Assembly (NCBI GenBank): GCA_963923625.1 | Contig: CAWUMZ010000002.1 | Span: 1-38,475 of the forward strand | Source: an uncultured bacterium | GTDB taxonomy: Bacteria; Actinomycetota; Thermoleophilia; Gaiellales; F1-60-MAGs149 | Direction of reading: 5' to 3' | DNA length: 38,475 nt | Part shown: positions 29,731-38,475 of the stretch, piece by piece | Numbering within the stretch: the first letter of the stretch is position 1 | Layout of the letters: every line of letters begins with the position of its first letter | Translations under genes and position numbers: made by a program | Notes under the pieces: model-generated | Seen by the model: only the letters and a program-made list of their open reading frames with translations | Told to the model about the DNA's origin: nothing | The model's database searches: none

Positions 29731-31128
29731 TCATCCGAGCCGCCGAATCGTCGCGGTGAGTTCCTGGATCATGTTGTAAAGCGAACGATCTTCCTTCATG
29801 CGCTTGGCGATCTTGTCATGTCCCCAGTGCACGGTCTTGTGATCGCGACCGCCGAACAGCTGCCCGATCCGCGGCAGCGACATGTCGGTGAGCTCGCGGC
29901 TCAGGTACATCGCGACCTGCCGGGGGAAGACGACGGTCTGCGTGCGGCGCTCCGAGCAGAGGTCCTCGATCGTCAGCGAGAAGTACTCGGCGACGACGCG
30001 CTGCACGCTCTCGACGGTGACGGGGCGCGAGTCCTCGGGGTACTGGGCGCTGAGCACGTCGCGCACGAGTTCGACGGTCAGCGGCTCGCCGTTGAGCGTG
30101 GCGAACGCGACGCCGCGGGTGAGCGCGCCCTCGAGCTCGCGGATGTTCGTCTGCACGCGCATGGCGATCGCGGCGAGGACCTCGGGGTCCTCGATCTCGA
30201 TCCGATCGCGGGCGGCCTTCTTGCGGAGGATCGCGATGCGGGTCTCGAGGTCCGGCGGCTGGACGTCCGTCATCAGGCCCCACTCGAAGCGGGAGCGGAG
30301 GCGGTCCTCGAGGCGCGTGATCTCGCGCGGCGGCCGGTCCGAGGCGAGCACGATCTGCCCGCCGGCCTCGTGCAGCGTGTTGAAGGTGTGGAAGAACTCC
30401 TCCTGGATGCCCTCGCGTCCGGAGAGGAACTGGATGTCGTCCACGAGCAGCACGTCATAGGTGCGATAGCGCGCCTTGAACTGCTCGATGCGCTTCTCGC
30501 GCAGCGCCTCGATGAACTCGTTCGTGAAGGCCTCGCACGTGACGTAGCACGCGGTCAGCTCCGTCGCCGTCTGCACGTAGTGGGCGATCGACTGCAGGAG
30601 GTGCGTCTTGCCGAGACCGGTCGCGCCGTGGATGAAGAGCGGGTTGTAGGCCTGGCTGGGCGACTCCGCGACGGCGAGCGCGGCGGCGTGGGCGAAGCGA
30701 TTCGACGGGCCGATCACGAAGGTGTCGAAGGTCGCGTTGCGGTTGAGGTTGAGGGATCGCGCCTCGCGCTCGGCGGGTAGCGATGTGACCGGCGCCGGCT
30801 CGGGCGGCGCGGAAGCGATCGGGGCCGCCGTCGGTTCCGCCGCTGGCTCGACCGGTGCATCCGCCGCGGCATCGATGACGAGCGAGACGGCCAGCGGCGC
30901 GCCGTGCGCGGTCGTTGCCGCAGCCGTGACGAGGTCCATGAAGTGCCCGGTGATCCAGCCGCGCACGAACTCGTTCGGCACCTCGACCTCGAGCTCGTCC
31001 GACGACAGCGCCCGGCCGCTGGCCCGGCCGAACCACGCGCTGTAGGTCGGCGGTGCCAGCGTCTGCTGGAGCTCATCGGAGATGGCGCTCCACAGCGCGG
31101 TGGCGGAGGTGTCGGAGTTCGCGGTCAT
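29731..31128 (-). CDS. dnaA: chromosomal replication initiator protein DnaA
   Basis: 465 aa. AAA+ Walker A GATGLGKTHLL, a sensor region, and C-terminal DNA-binding FGGRDHKTVHWGHDKI. Domain II is A/P-rich. Confidence 0.97.
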   Translation of the reverse strand: MTANSDTSATALWSAISDELQQTLAPPTYSAWFGRASGRALSSDELEVEVPNEFVRGWITGHFMDLVTAAATTAHGAPLAVSLVIDAAADAPVEPAAEPTAAPIASAPPEPAPVTSLPAEREARSLNLNRNATFDTFVIGPSNRFAHAAALAVAESPSQAYNPLFIHGATGLGKTHLLQSIAHYVQTATELTACYVTCEAFTNEFIEALREKRIEQFKARYRTYDVLLVDDIQFLSGREGIQEEFFHTFNTLHEAGGQIVLASDRPPREITRLEDRLRSRFEWGLMTDVQPPDLETRIAILRKKAARDRIEIEDPEVLAAIAMRVQTNIRELEGALTRGVAFATLNGEPLTVELVRDVLSAQYPEDSRPVTVESVQRVVAEYFSLTIEDLCSERRTQTVVFPRQVAMYLSRELTDMSLPRIGQLFGGRDHKTVHWGHDKIAKRMKEDRSLYNMIQELTATIRRLG

Positions 31129-31227
31129 GCTCGAAGGCGCGACGGTAGCAGGGCGGCGGGTGCCGGGTGAACCACACCCCGACCGCCGATTTCCGCTGTT
31201 TGCGGGAAAAACAAACCGCTCCCAGCG

Positions 31228-31260
31228 TTATCCCCAAGGTCATCCCCAGCAGGGGACAAC
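31228..31260. promoter_or_regulatory. array of three DnaA boxes between dnaA and rpmH
   Basis: TTATCCCCA (31228-36, +), agg, TCATCCCCA (31240-48, +), gc, AGGGGACAA (31251-59, which is TTGTCCCCT on the minus strand). The first two are phased 12 bp apart. A weaker TGAACCACA lies at 31168-76. Confidence 0.6.
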
Positions 31261-31287
31261 CCGGCGCACGGGCGTGACGGTTCCCGT

Positions 31288-31317
31288 TTGCCGCAGTCCG
31301 CATGCGACCGGTATGCT
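31288..31317 (+). promoter_or_regulatory. candidate housekeeping-sigma promoter for rpmH
   Basis: TTGCCG (31288-93), an 18-nt spacer, then TATGCT (31312-17), 28 nt upstream of the rpmH ATG. Motif match only. Confidence 0.3.
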
Positions 31318-31344
31318 TCGCGCTCCCCGGAGACCGGAACCAGC

Positions 31345-31479
31345 ATGAAGCGCACCTACCAGCCCAACGTCCGCAAGCGAGCCAAGACCCACGGCTTCCG
31401 CAAGCGCATGTCGAATCGCGCCGGCCAGGCGGTTGTCCGCCGCCGCCGCGCCCGCGGCCGCAAGCGCCTCTCGGCCTAG
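31345..31479 (+). CDS. rpmH: 50S ribosomal protein L34
   Basis: 44 aa [44 protein letters not shown]. The track ORF from 31288 carries a spurious N-terminal extension. Confidence 0.97.
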   Translation: MKRTYQPNVRKRAKTHGFRKRMSNRAGQAVVRRRRARGRKRLSA

Positions 31480-31485
31480 GCCCGC

Positions 31486-31839
31486 ATGGCGACCGGCTCG
31501 CAGGGACGCGGCCGGCTGACGCGGTCGGCCGAGTTCGATGCCGTCTACCGGCGCGGCCGCTCCGCCGCCAGCCGGCACCTGGTCGCCTATGCGTTTCCGT
31601 CCGAGCTCGACGAGGTGCGCCTCGGCGTCGCCGTGTCGCGCAAGGTCGGCAACGCCGTGGTCCGCAACCGCCTCAAGCGCCAGCTGCGCGAGGCGTTCGA
31701 CGCCCTCACCCCCCAGCCCGAGCGTCTCGACGTCGTCCTCGTCGCGCGCCCCGGTCTCGATGAGGCGGTCGAGTCGCAGGGCTTCGCCTGGCTGCAGGGC
31801 GAGATCGGCGAGCTGGTCGCCAAGGCGGCGGCGGCATGA
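31486..31839 (+). CDS. rnpA: ribonuclease P protein component
   Basis: 117 aa. Basic RNR-type motif [22 protein letters not shown]. Directly follows rpmH. Confidence 0.92.
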   Translation: MATGSQGRGRLTRSAEFDAVYRRGRSAASRHLVAYAFPSELDEVRLGVAVSRKVGNAVVRNRLKRQLREAFDALTPQPERLDVVLVARPGLDEAVESQGFAWLQGEIGELVAKAAAA

Positions 31840-32075
31840 TCGGCGACCTCGCCCACGGCCTGTACGCGCACGTGCTGCGCCCGCTCTGGCCCGGCGGTGC
31901 GCCCGCCACGCGCAACTGCCGGTTCGAGCCGACGTGCTCGCGCTACGCGATCGACGCGGTCCGCTATCGCGGCCCCCTCGTCGGTCCGGTGCTCGCGGTA
32001 TGGCGCGTCCTCCGGTGCAACCCATGGAATGATGGCGGGTACGACCCGGTGCGCCGGAGTCGCGATCTCACGTGA
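31836..32075 (+). CDS. yidD: membrane protein insertion efficiency factor YidD
   Basis: 79 aa. [15 protein letters not shown]...RCNPW motif. ATGA overlap with rnpA. Confidence 0.92.
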   Translation: MIGDLAHGLYAHVLRPLWPGGAPATRNCRFEPTCSRYAIDAVRYRGPLVGPVLAVWRVLRCNPWNDGGYDPVRRSRDLT

Positions 32076-33052
32076 ACGCCGTCTACTCCCTCCTCAGCCC
32101 GCTCGTCCGGCCGCTCACGTGGCTGCTCGAGACGCTGCACTTCAGCCTCGGCATCCCGTGGGGCTGGTCGATCGTCGTCCTCACGGTGATCGTGCGCGTC
32201 GCGATGATCCCGCTGACGGTCAAGCAGCAGCAGTCGTTCCGCGCGATGCAGGCGCTGCAGCCGGAGATCAAGAAGCTCCAGGCCAAGTACAAGAACGATC
32301 GCCAGAAGCTCAACGAGGAGATGATGGCGTTCTACAAGGAGAACAAGGTCAACCCGTTCGGGTCGTGCCTGCCGCTCCTGATCCAGCTGCCGATCTTCTT
32401 CGCGCTGTACGCCACGCTCCGTGACATCGGCAAGGAGGTCACCGCCGGCGAGGATCTCTCGATGCTCGGCGGCTGGATCCCCGACATCACGGCGTCGCTC
32501 AACTCGCTGCCGGCCACCACGCTCTACCCGCTGATGATCATCTACGTGCTGTCGCAGATGGGCTCGACGCTGCTGATGCCGACGTCGGTCGACCCCAAGC
32601 AGAAGTACATCTTCCTGTTCCTGCCGATCGTCTTCGCGTTCTTCATCGTGCATCCGCCGATCGGCGCCTCGAGCTTCCCGGTCGGCCTGCTCGTCTACTG
32701 GATCACCACGAACCTGTGGACCGTCGGCCAGGCGTTCGTGATCCGCACGTGGTTCCCGCCGCCGCTGCCCCCATCCGCAAAGGCGCAGCCCGCCAAGTCC
32801 GGCGGCGGGCTCTCCGGCCTGCTCAGCCGCGGTCAGTCCGGCAACCAGATGCCGAAGGCGAAGAAGCCGAAGGCCGCCAAGCCGGCAAAGGTCGAGACGA
32901 CCATGGCGGATGAGGACGCCGAGTCGGCCGTCGACACCGCTGACGGGAACGCCGCACCCACCGGTGACGCTCCGCAGCAGGCGCCGAAGAACAAGGCCCA
33001 GCGCCAAAAGCGGCCCGCGAAGCCGCCGCGGGAGAAGCCGAAGGACGCCTGA
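32072..33052 (+). CDS. yidC: membrane protein insertase YidC (short Gram-positive type, basic C-terminal tail)
   Basis: 326 aa, GTG start (GTGA overlap). [22 protein letters not shown]...[45 protein letters not shown]-rich tail. Confidence 0.93.
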   Translation: MNAVYSLLSPLVRPLTWLLETLHFSLGIPWGWSIVVLTVIVRVAMIPLTVKQQQSFRAMQALQPEIKKLQAKYKNDRQKLNEEMMAFYKENKVNPFGSCLPLLIQLPIFFALYATLRDIGKEVTAGEDLSMLGGWIPDITASLNSLPATTLYPLMIIYVLSQMGSTLLMPTSVDPKQKYIFLFLPIVFAFFIVHPPIGASSFPVGLLVYWITTNLWTVGQAFVIRTWFPPPLPPSAKAQPAKSGGGLSGLLSRGQSGNQMPKAKKPKAAKPAKVETTMADEDAESAVDTADGNAAPTGDAPQQAPKNKAQRQKRPAKPPREKPKDA

Positions 33053-33831
33053 TGGCGACCGACGATACATCCGTCGAGGGCACGGGCGAGACCATCGGCG
33101 AGGCACGCTGGGCCGCCACGCGCGAGCTCGAGCGCCGCTTCCCCGGCCTCGACAAGGAGGCGATCGACTTCCAGACGCTGTCGGAGGGCGAGCGCGGGCT
33201 GATGGGCGTCGGCCGTGAGCCTGCGCGCGTGCTGGCGCGTCTGCTCGAGGTGCCATCGGCCGAGACGAGCGAGGCCGCGCGCGCGGCCCGTCCTGCCACG
33301 CCACGCGAGGATCGCCGCCCCTCGCGGCAGGCGCCCAAGCAGCGCAGCGCCGCCCCCACGCTTCCGCGAGCGGAGGGCCCGACCGCCGAGCGCGTCGAGG
33401 AGCTGCTGCAGTCGATCTGCGGCGGCATCGGCCTGACCACAACGGTGCACGTCGGTCAGGGCGCCGACGGCCTCGTCGCCACGGTCGAGGGCGACGACCT
33501 CGGCCTGCTGATCGGCAAGCACGGGCATACGATCGACGCCGTCCAGTACCTCGTCAATGCGATCGTGCTGCGGGGTGAGGAGAACGCCACGCCGATCGTC
33601 GTCGACGCGCAGGACTACCGCCGCCGCCGCGAGGCCGTGTTGCGCGACACCGCCGAGCGCGCCGCCCAGGACGCGATCGCCACGGGACGCCCCGTGTCGC
33701 TCGAGCCGATGTCCAGCGCCGAGCGCAAGATCGTGCACCTGGTGCTGCAGGACCATCCGCAGGTGGTGACCGAATCGGGTGGCCGCGAGCCGAATCGCTG
33801 CGTCGTGGTCCGCCGCCGCGACGACGCGTAG
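33052..33831 (+). CDS. jag: Jag/KhpB RNA-binding protein (Jag_N, KH and R3H domains)
   Basis: 259 aa. KH-like LIGKHGHTIDAVQYLVN and R3H-like MSSAERKIVHLVLQDHPQVVTES. TGATG overlap with yidC. Confidence 0.88.
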   Translation: MATDDTSVEGTGETIGEARWAATRELERRFPGLDKEAIDFQTLSEGERGLMGVGREPARVLARLLEVPSAETSEAARAARPATPREDRRPSRQAPKQRSAAPTLPRAEGPTAERVEELLQSICGGIGLTTTVHVGQGADGLVATVEGDDLGLLIGKHGHTIDAVQYLVNAIVLRGEENATPIVVDAQDYRRRREAVLRDTAERAAQDAIATGRPVSLEPMSSAERKIVHLVLQDHPQVVTESGGREPNRCVVVRRRDDA

Positions 33832-33862
33832 TCGGCGTGCGCTCCGCGCATGACGTGACCAC

Positions 33863-33882
33863 GGCGTTTCACGTGAAACGCC
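33863..33882. promoter_or_regulatory. parS centromere site 1 (20-bp perfect palindrome)
   Basis: GGCGTTTCACGTGAAACGCC. The core GTTTCACGTGAAAC matches the 14 central positions of the consensus tGTTTCACGTGAAACa. Confidence 0.85.
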
Positions 33883-33899
33883 GTTTGCCACCCCGCCGG

Positions 33900-33915
33900 A
33901 GTTTCACGTGAAACA
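33900..33915. promoter_or_regulatory. parS centromere site 2 (overlaps the rsmG start codon)
   Basis: AGTTTCACGTGAAACA is a 15/16 match to TGTTTCACGTGAAACA. The GTG inside the palindrome (33908) is the predicted rsmG start. Confidence 0.85.
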
Positions 33916-34549
33916 GGATCCCGTCGACACCTTCCTCGAGCTGATCGCCACGGCGCAGCAGCGCCTCGTCGCCTCGACGGACCCCGCCGATCTGGCCGCG
34001 CACGTCGAGGATGCACGCGGCACGCTCCCGCTGATCGCAGCGGAAACCGGGCCACTGGTGGACGTCGGCACCGGCGCCGGCTTTCCCGGCGTGCCGCTGC
34101 TCCTGGATCGCGGAGACCTCGAGGGAACGCTGCTCGACAGCCGGGCCAAGCGCTGCCAGCACCTCCAGCGGGTCGTCGAGGAGACCGGGCTCGCAGATCG
34201 CGTTCGGGTGCTGAACCTGCGCGCCGAGGAGCACGCCGCGGCAGACGGGCGCGAGCACTACGGGATCGCGGTGGCGCGTGCCCTGGCGCCGCCGCCGGTC
34301 GCGGTCGAGCTGTGCCTGCCGCTGCTGCGCGTCGGCGGCGTCTGCATCCTCCACGCGGGCGCGGTTGCGCCGCGCGACGTCGAGCGCGCCGCGGCGGAGC
34401 TCGGCGGCGTGCTCGAGCTGATCGACCCGGTGCCGGGCTTCGACGCCCGCAACCGCGTCGTCGTGCGCAAGACGGCCCCCACTCCAGCGCGCTTCCCGCG
34501 CCGTATCGGGTTGGCCGCGAAGGAGCCGCTCGTCCGAAGCCAGGACTAG
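33908..34549 (+). CDS. rsmG: 16S rRNA (guanine527-N7)-methyltransferase RsmG/GidB
   Basis: 213 aa, GTG start. SAM motif LVDVGTGAGFPGVPL. Canonical position before parAB. Confidence 0.9.
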   Translation: MKQDPVDTFLELIATAQQRLVASTDPADLAAHVEDARGTLPLIAAETGPLVDVGTGAGFPGVPLLLDRGDLEGTLLDSRAKRCQHLQRVVEETGLADRVRVLNLRAEEHAAADGREHYGIAVARALAPPPVAVELCLPLLRVGGVCILHAGAVAPRDVERAAAELGGVLELIDPVPGFDARNRVVVRKTAPTPARFPRRIGLAAKEPLVRSQD

Positions 34550-34559
34550 CGTTACGGGC

Positions 34560-35301
<742 letters not shown>

Positions 35302-35315
<14 letters not shown>

Positions 35316-36195
35316 ACCCACTGGACTCGGACGCGGGCTCAACGCCCTGCTCGACCCCGCCGGCGGCGAACCGACCCTCGTCACCCTGCCGATCGAGCAG
35401 GTGCAGCCCAACCCGCGCCAGCCGCGCCGGGCCTTCGATCAGGACGCGCTCGACGATCTCGCTCGGTCGATCAAGCAGGACGGCATCATGCAGCCGATCA
35501 TCGTGCGCTCGGCGCCTGACGGCCGCTACGAGATCATCGCCGGCGAGCGCCGCTGGCGCGCGGCCAACCAGGCCGGCCTCAAGACGGTGCCCGCGATCGT
35601 GCGCCGGGCCGACGAGCGGCAGACGCTCACGTTGGCGCTGGTCGAGAACGTCGTGCGCGAGGATCTCAACGCGATCGAGGCGGCGCGCGGCTACGCGGCG
35701 CTGATCGACGAGCTCGACCTGACGCCGACCGAGGTCGCCGAGAAGGTGGGGAAGAGCCGCCCGACGATCGCGAACGCCCTGCGCCTGCTCGACCTGCCCG
35801 ACGAGGTGCTCGACGCGATCATCGCCGGCGAGCTGAGCGAGGGCCATGGCCGCGCGATCCTGCAGCTCGACGACCACGATGCCCGCCGGGCGCTGGCCAA
35901 GCGCGCGATCGCCGACGGTCTGTCGGTGCGCGAGGTCGAGGCTCTGGCTCGCTCCGGCCCGAAGCAGAAGCGCGCCCCGCGTGTCGCCAAGAACGGCGCG
36001 GCCTGGTTCGATCACGACCTCGCGGCCGCCGCGACCGACGCGTGCTTCCGCGCGCTCGGCATGGTGGGGAAGGTGTCGCCGACGCCCGATGGCGCGCGCC
36101 TCGAGATCCGCATCCGCTCGCAGGAGCAGCTCGAGGATCTCGTCGCTCGGCTCGAGCAGATGGACGGCGTGGCGCTCCACAAGCGCGCTGCGTAG
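35302..36195 (+). CDS. parB: chromosome partitioning protein ParB/Spo0J (CTPase-type)
   Basis: 297 aa from TTG 35302 (GTG 35308 is an alternative). LGRGLNALL, GERRWRAA box, and the HTH region TPTEVAEKVGKSRPTIANALRLL. Confidence 0.93.
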
Positions 36196-36203
36196 CATCA
36201 CGA

Positions 36204-36231
36204 CCACTTCGTGACAAATGCCACGAAGTGG
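36204..36231 (+). terminator. hairpin after parB
   Basis: CCACTTCGTG-acaaatgc-CACGAAGTGG, a 10-bp perfect stem 9 nt after the parB stop. No U tract. Confidence 0.45.
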
Positions 36232-36265
36232 GGGAATCGGCTGCGGCCGCGATAGGCTGCCCGCG

Positions 36266-36880
36266 ATGACGCGCGGAGGGCAGACGATCGACGGGAGCGT
36301 GCGACGACGATCCGCCTGGCTCGTCGCCCTGCCGCTGCTCGCCGCGGGATCGCTGCTCGCGCATCAGCTGTCGTATCTGATCGTCGCCGGCGATCAGGCC
36401 GGTGCCCTGCTGGCGGAGACGGGGCACGGGTATCTCGCCCAGCTGCCCGCAGGCGCATTGCTTGCGGCCATCTGTGTGGTCCTGGGCCTCGGCCTCGCGG
36501 CCCTCGATCGCCTCCGCGATCGCACGGGACGCGCGGTGCCGGCCTGGGTCATCGCCGTGGTGCCCATCCTCGGGTTCGCGCTGCAGGAGCACCTCGAGCG
36601 CCTCGCCGAGAGCGGGCACGTGCCGTGGACGGCCGCGCTCGACCCGACCTTCCTCGTCGGCGTGGCCCTGCAATTGCCGTTCTGCGCACTCGCGTTCCTC
36701 GCCGCGCGCTGGCTGCTGCGCGGAGTCACCGCGCTCGTCACCGCGCTCCGCGCACGGCGACCGCAGCCGCGACGCGGCATCGCCTCGGGGCGCCAGCCCC
36801 TCGTCGTCCCGCGCATGCCGCGCGTCGGACTCGCCTTCGCCTGCGCGCCGCGCGGGCCGCCGCGCCTCCCGATCGGCTGA
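36266..36880 (+). CDS. hypothetical integral membrane protein (about 4 TM, conserved-looking His residues)
   Basis: 204 aa from ATG 36266 within ORF 36218..36880. Strong GC3 codon bias supports coding. TM helices flank AHQLSY, ETGHGY and LQEHLERLAESGHVPW. I recognise no family. Confidence 0.55.
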   Translation: MTRGGQTIDGSVRRRSAWLVALPLLAAGSLLAHQLSYLIVAGDQAGALLAETGHGYLAQLPAGALLAAICVVLGLGLAALDRLRDRTGRAVPAWVIAVVPILGFALQEHLERLAESGHVPWTAALDPTFLVGVALQLPFCALAFLAARWLLRGVTALVTALRARRPQPRRGIASGRQPLVVPRMPRVGLAFACAPRGPPRLPIG

Positions 36881-36884
36881 TTCC

Positions 36885-36906
36885 CGTCGTGCCGATCGGC
36901 ACGACG
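36885..36906. repeat. 22-bp perfect palindrome between the membrane-protein gene and ycnI (terminator hairpin or operator)
   Basis: CGTCGTGCCGATCGGCACGACG. It lies 4 nt after the upstream stop and 22 nt before the ycnI ATG, just upstream of the AAGGAGGG Shine-Dalgarno sequence. Confidence 0.5.
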
Positions 36907-36928
36907 AACAACGATCAAGGAGGGTCGA

Positions 36929-37438
36929 ATGACCACCATCTCGACGCGCGCTCGCGCGCTCATCCTCGCGTGCCTGACCGGCGCGCTCATCCTCGGCACG
37001 GCGGTGCCCGCATTCGGGCACGCCACCGTCCAGAAGTACGGGAGCACGCCGACGGCTGATGGGTACGGCGCGTTCTGGATCCGCATCGGGCATGGCTGCG
37101 AGGCCAAGAACGGCGACATGACCGACACGAATCGCGTCGTCGTCATCCTGCCGGGCGCGTTCCAGTCGGCGAAGCCGCAGCAGCTCGCGGGCTGGCATGC
37201 CTCGACCACCACGCTGAAGGGCGGTGCCGGCTACCGCATCACGTGGACGGCGCTTGGCGATCCGCTGTCGACTGACGCCTTCCAGGACTTCGGCATCAGC
37301 GCGCACTACCCGGCGACGGCGGGAACGTTCAACGTGCCGACCGTCCAGCACTGCGGGATGCTCTCGACCGCATGGGTTGAGCAGGCCGTCGGCGGGGTGG
37401 AGCCCGACTTCCCGGTCCCGACGATCAAGGTCTCGTAG
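36929..37438 (+). CDS. ycnI: YcnI-family (DUF1775) extracytoplasmic copper-binding protein
   Basis: 169 aa. Signal ...AVPAFG followed by HATVQ, then RIGHGCE, VVVILPGAF...AGW, the YcnI pattern. Confidence 0.8.
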   Translation: MTTISTRARALILACLTGALILGTAVPAFGHATVQKYGSTPTADGYGAFWIRIGHGCEAKNGDMTDTNRVVVILPGAFQSAKPQQLAGWHASTTTLKGGAGYRITWTALGDPLSTDAFQDFGISAHYPATAGTFNVPTVQHCGMLSTAWVEQAVGGVEPDFPVPTIKVS

Positions 37439-37452
37439 GGCCGGAAGGGAAC

Positions 37453-37480
37453 GCGGGGGGCGGCCTCAGCCGCCCCCCGC
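37453..37480 (+). terminator. all-GC 12-bp hairpin between ycnI and copC (terminator or attenuator-like)
   Basis: GCGGGGGGCGGC-ctca-GCCGCCCCCCGC, 15 nt after the ycnI stop and 8 nt before the copC ATG. Confidence 0.4.
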
Positions 37481-37488
37481 ACACGGCC

Positions 37489-38124
37489 ATGCGCACGCTT
37501 CTCCTCTTCACCATCGCGCTGATCCTCGCCCTCGCGCCAGAGGGCGCATCGGCGCATGCCCTGCTGCTCAAGCGGAGTCCGCCGGCAAACGCCGTTCTGA
37601 CGCGCCTGCCTGCCGAAGTTCGCACGACATGGTCCGAGCCGGTTACCGGGTCCGCGGATGCGCTGATCGGGATATGCGACGACGGCGGACCGCTGCTCGG
37701 TCCGACGGTCATCCAAGGCGCGGTCGTGCACGCGTCCGTCATCGCGGCGCCGCATGCCGGCCGGTGCGCCTATGCGGCACGAATCACCAGCGCGGACGGG
37801 CACCACGTCGCCGTGGCGAGCGCATTCGCGGTCGCCGTGGGCACACCGCGGGCCGCGAGCACCGTGCTGGAGCTGTCGGGGCATCGTCTGCCGCTCTCCG
37901 GCGCGCGCGTGGGAGAGCGCACGCTTCGACTCTGGGGTGGACTCCAGGAGGGCACGGTGCGCTGGACCAGCGCGCTCCTGCCCGCGCCGTTCATCTGGAC
38001 GTTCCGACGGGGCGTGGCGCGCGGGCTGCTGCCGTTCCCGGGCACGTACGACGTCGAGGTGCGCGCCCGCGTCGGCGCCTTCCGCGAACGCATCGCTACC
38101 GGCACAATCGAGATCGCACCATGA
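37489..38124 (+). CDS. copC: CopC-domain copper-binding protein with an unassigned C-terminal extension
   Basis: 211 aa. Signal ...EGASA followed by HALLLKRSPPANAVLTRLPAEVRTTWSEPV...ITSADGHHVAVASAFAV (CopC fold signature). About 100 further residues have no motif I recognise. Confidence 0.75.
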   Translation: MRTLLLFTIALILALAPEGASAHALLLKRSPPANAVLTRLPAEVRTTWSEPVTGSADALIGICDDGGPLLGPTVIQGAVVHASVIAAPHAGRCAYAARITSADGHHVAVASAFAVAVGTPRAASTVLELSGHRLPLSGARVGERTLRLWGGLQEGTVRWTSALLPAPFIWTFRRGVARGLLPFPGTYDVEVRARVGAFRERIATGTIEIAP

Positions 38125-38165
38125 CCGACGCGCAACCGCACCGACGACTACCGTCAGTCACAGCC

Positions 38166-38475
38166 ATGAAGGGACACCCCATGCTCCATCGCACAGCGCT
38201 CATCTGCACCGCACTGCTCGGAATACTCGTCCTCGCCGCCACGGCCGCGGCGCACGCGGACATCGCCGACTCGAGCTCGGCGCACGGTGCCAAGGCCCGT
38301 CTGACCGTCACCATCGAGCATGGCTGCACCGCGGAAGGGGCGTCCGTCAACGCGGTCGATCGCGTTGCGATCGCGTTGCCCGCGGCATTCGGCAAGCCCG
38401 TGCCGCAGACGCCGAACGGGTGGCGCGCGGCGGTCTCGCGGGACGGTGGCGCGTACCGGGTGGTGTGGAGCCACA
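38166..38475 (+). CDS. second YcnI-family (DUF1775) protein, N-terminal part (runs off the right edge)
   Basis: Absent from the ORF track because it has no stop. Manual translation gives MKGHPMLHRTALICTALLGILVLAATAAAHADIADSSSAHGAKARLTVTIEHGCTAEG...VAIALPAAFGKPVPQTPNGWRAAV (ATG 38181 is an alternative start). Confidence 0.7.
   Translation, partial: MKGHPMLHRTALICTALLGILVLAATAAAHADIADSSSAHGAKARLTVTIEHGCTAEGASVNAVDRVAIALPAAFGKPVPQTPNGWRAAVSRDGGAYRVVWSH

Noticed and set aside
29453-29734. 93-aa minus-strand ORF filling the dnaA-dnaN spacer.
   Set aside because: It has no Shine-Dalgarno sequence and odd composition. It spans the AT-rich patch and the DnaA-box cluster. In related bacteria this spacer is non-coding oriC.
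31288-31344. N-terminal extension of rpmH in the track ([19 protein letters not shown]...).
   Set aside because: L34 is a conserved protein of about 44-46 aa beginning MKRTYQP. The extension would cover the predicted promoter.
32066-32079. TCTCACGTGAACGC, which resembles a parS core.
   Set aside because: Only the central CACGTGAA is shared and the outer half-site positions are wrong. It lies at the yidD/yidC coding junction.

Overview
Very GC-rich (by eye about 70%) actinobacterial-type chromosome segment centred on the replication origin. From 14164 to 31128 almost every gene is on the minus strand: a fabZ-fabH-fabD-fabG-fabF-accD-accA operon, a chagasin-like lipoprotein gene, and gyrA, gyrB, dciA, recF, dnaN, dnaA. 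The only plus-strand gene there is birA. From 31345 onward every gene is on the plus strand: rpmH, rnpA, yidD, yidC, jag, rsmG, parA, parB, then a copper-handling cluster. This divergence is what a replication origin predicts. TCCCCA-core DnaA-box clusters flank dnaA on both sides, an AT-rich patch sits next to dnaN, and two near-consensus parS sites lie in front of rsmG-parAB. The left third is metabolic or accessory: thiL (partial), a P-loop kinase and a ThiY-like binding protein, divergent ThiX/ThiZ-like ABC genes, pheA, an MrfA-like DUF1998 helicase and a GGT-family gene. The most interesting locus is 8712..14162. It has a cobalamin riboswitch followed by six translationally coupled genes: two DUF4430-like exported proteins, ECF T, fused ECF A1A2, an ECF S component, and an exported alpha/alpha-toroid repeat protein. 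Together the exported proteins resemble a split bacterial version of the two transcobalamin/intrinsic-factor domains. I found no rRNA, tRNA, CRISPR array, transposase or integrase. Most very long ORFs in the six-frame track are antisense artefacts of the high GC content. All domain calls come from reading motifs by eye; no searches were run.
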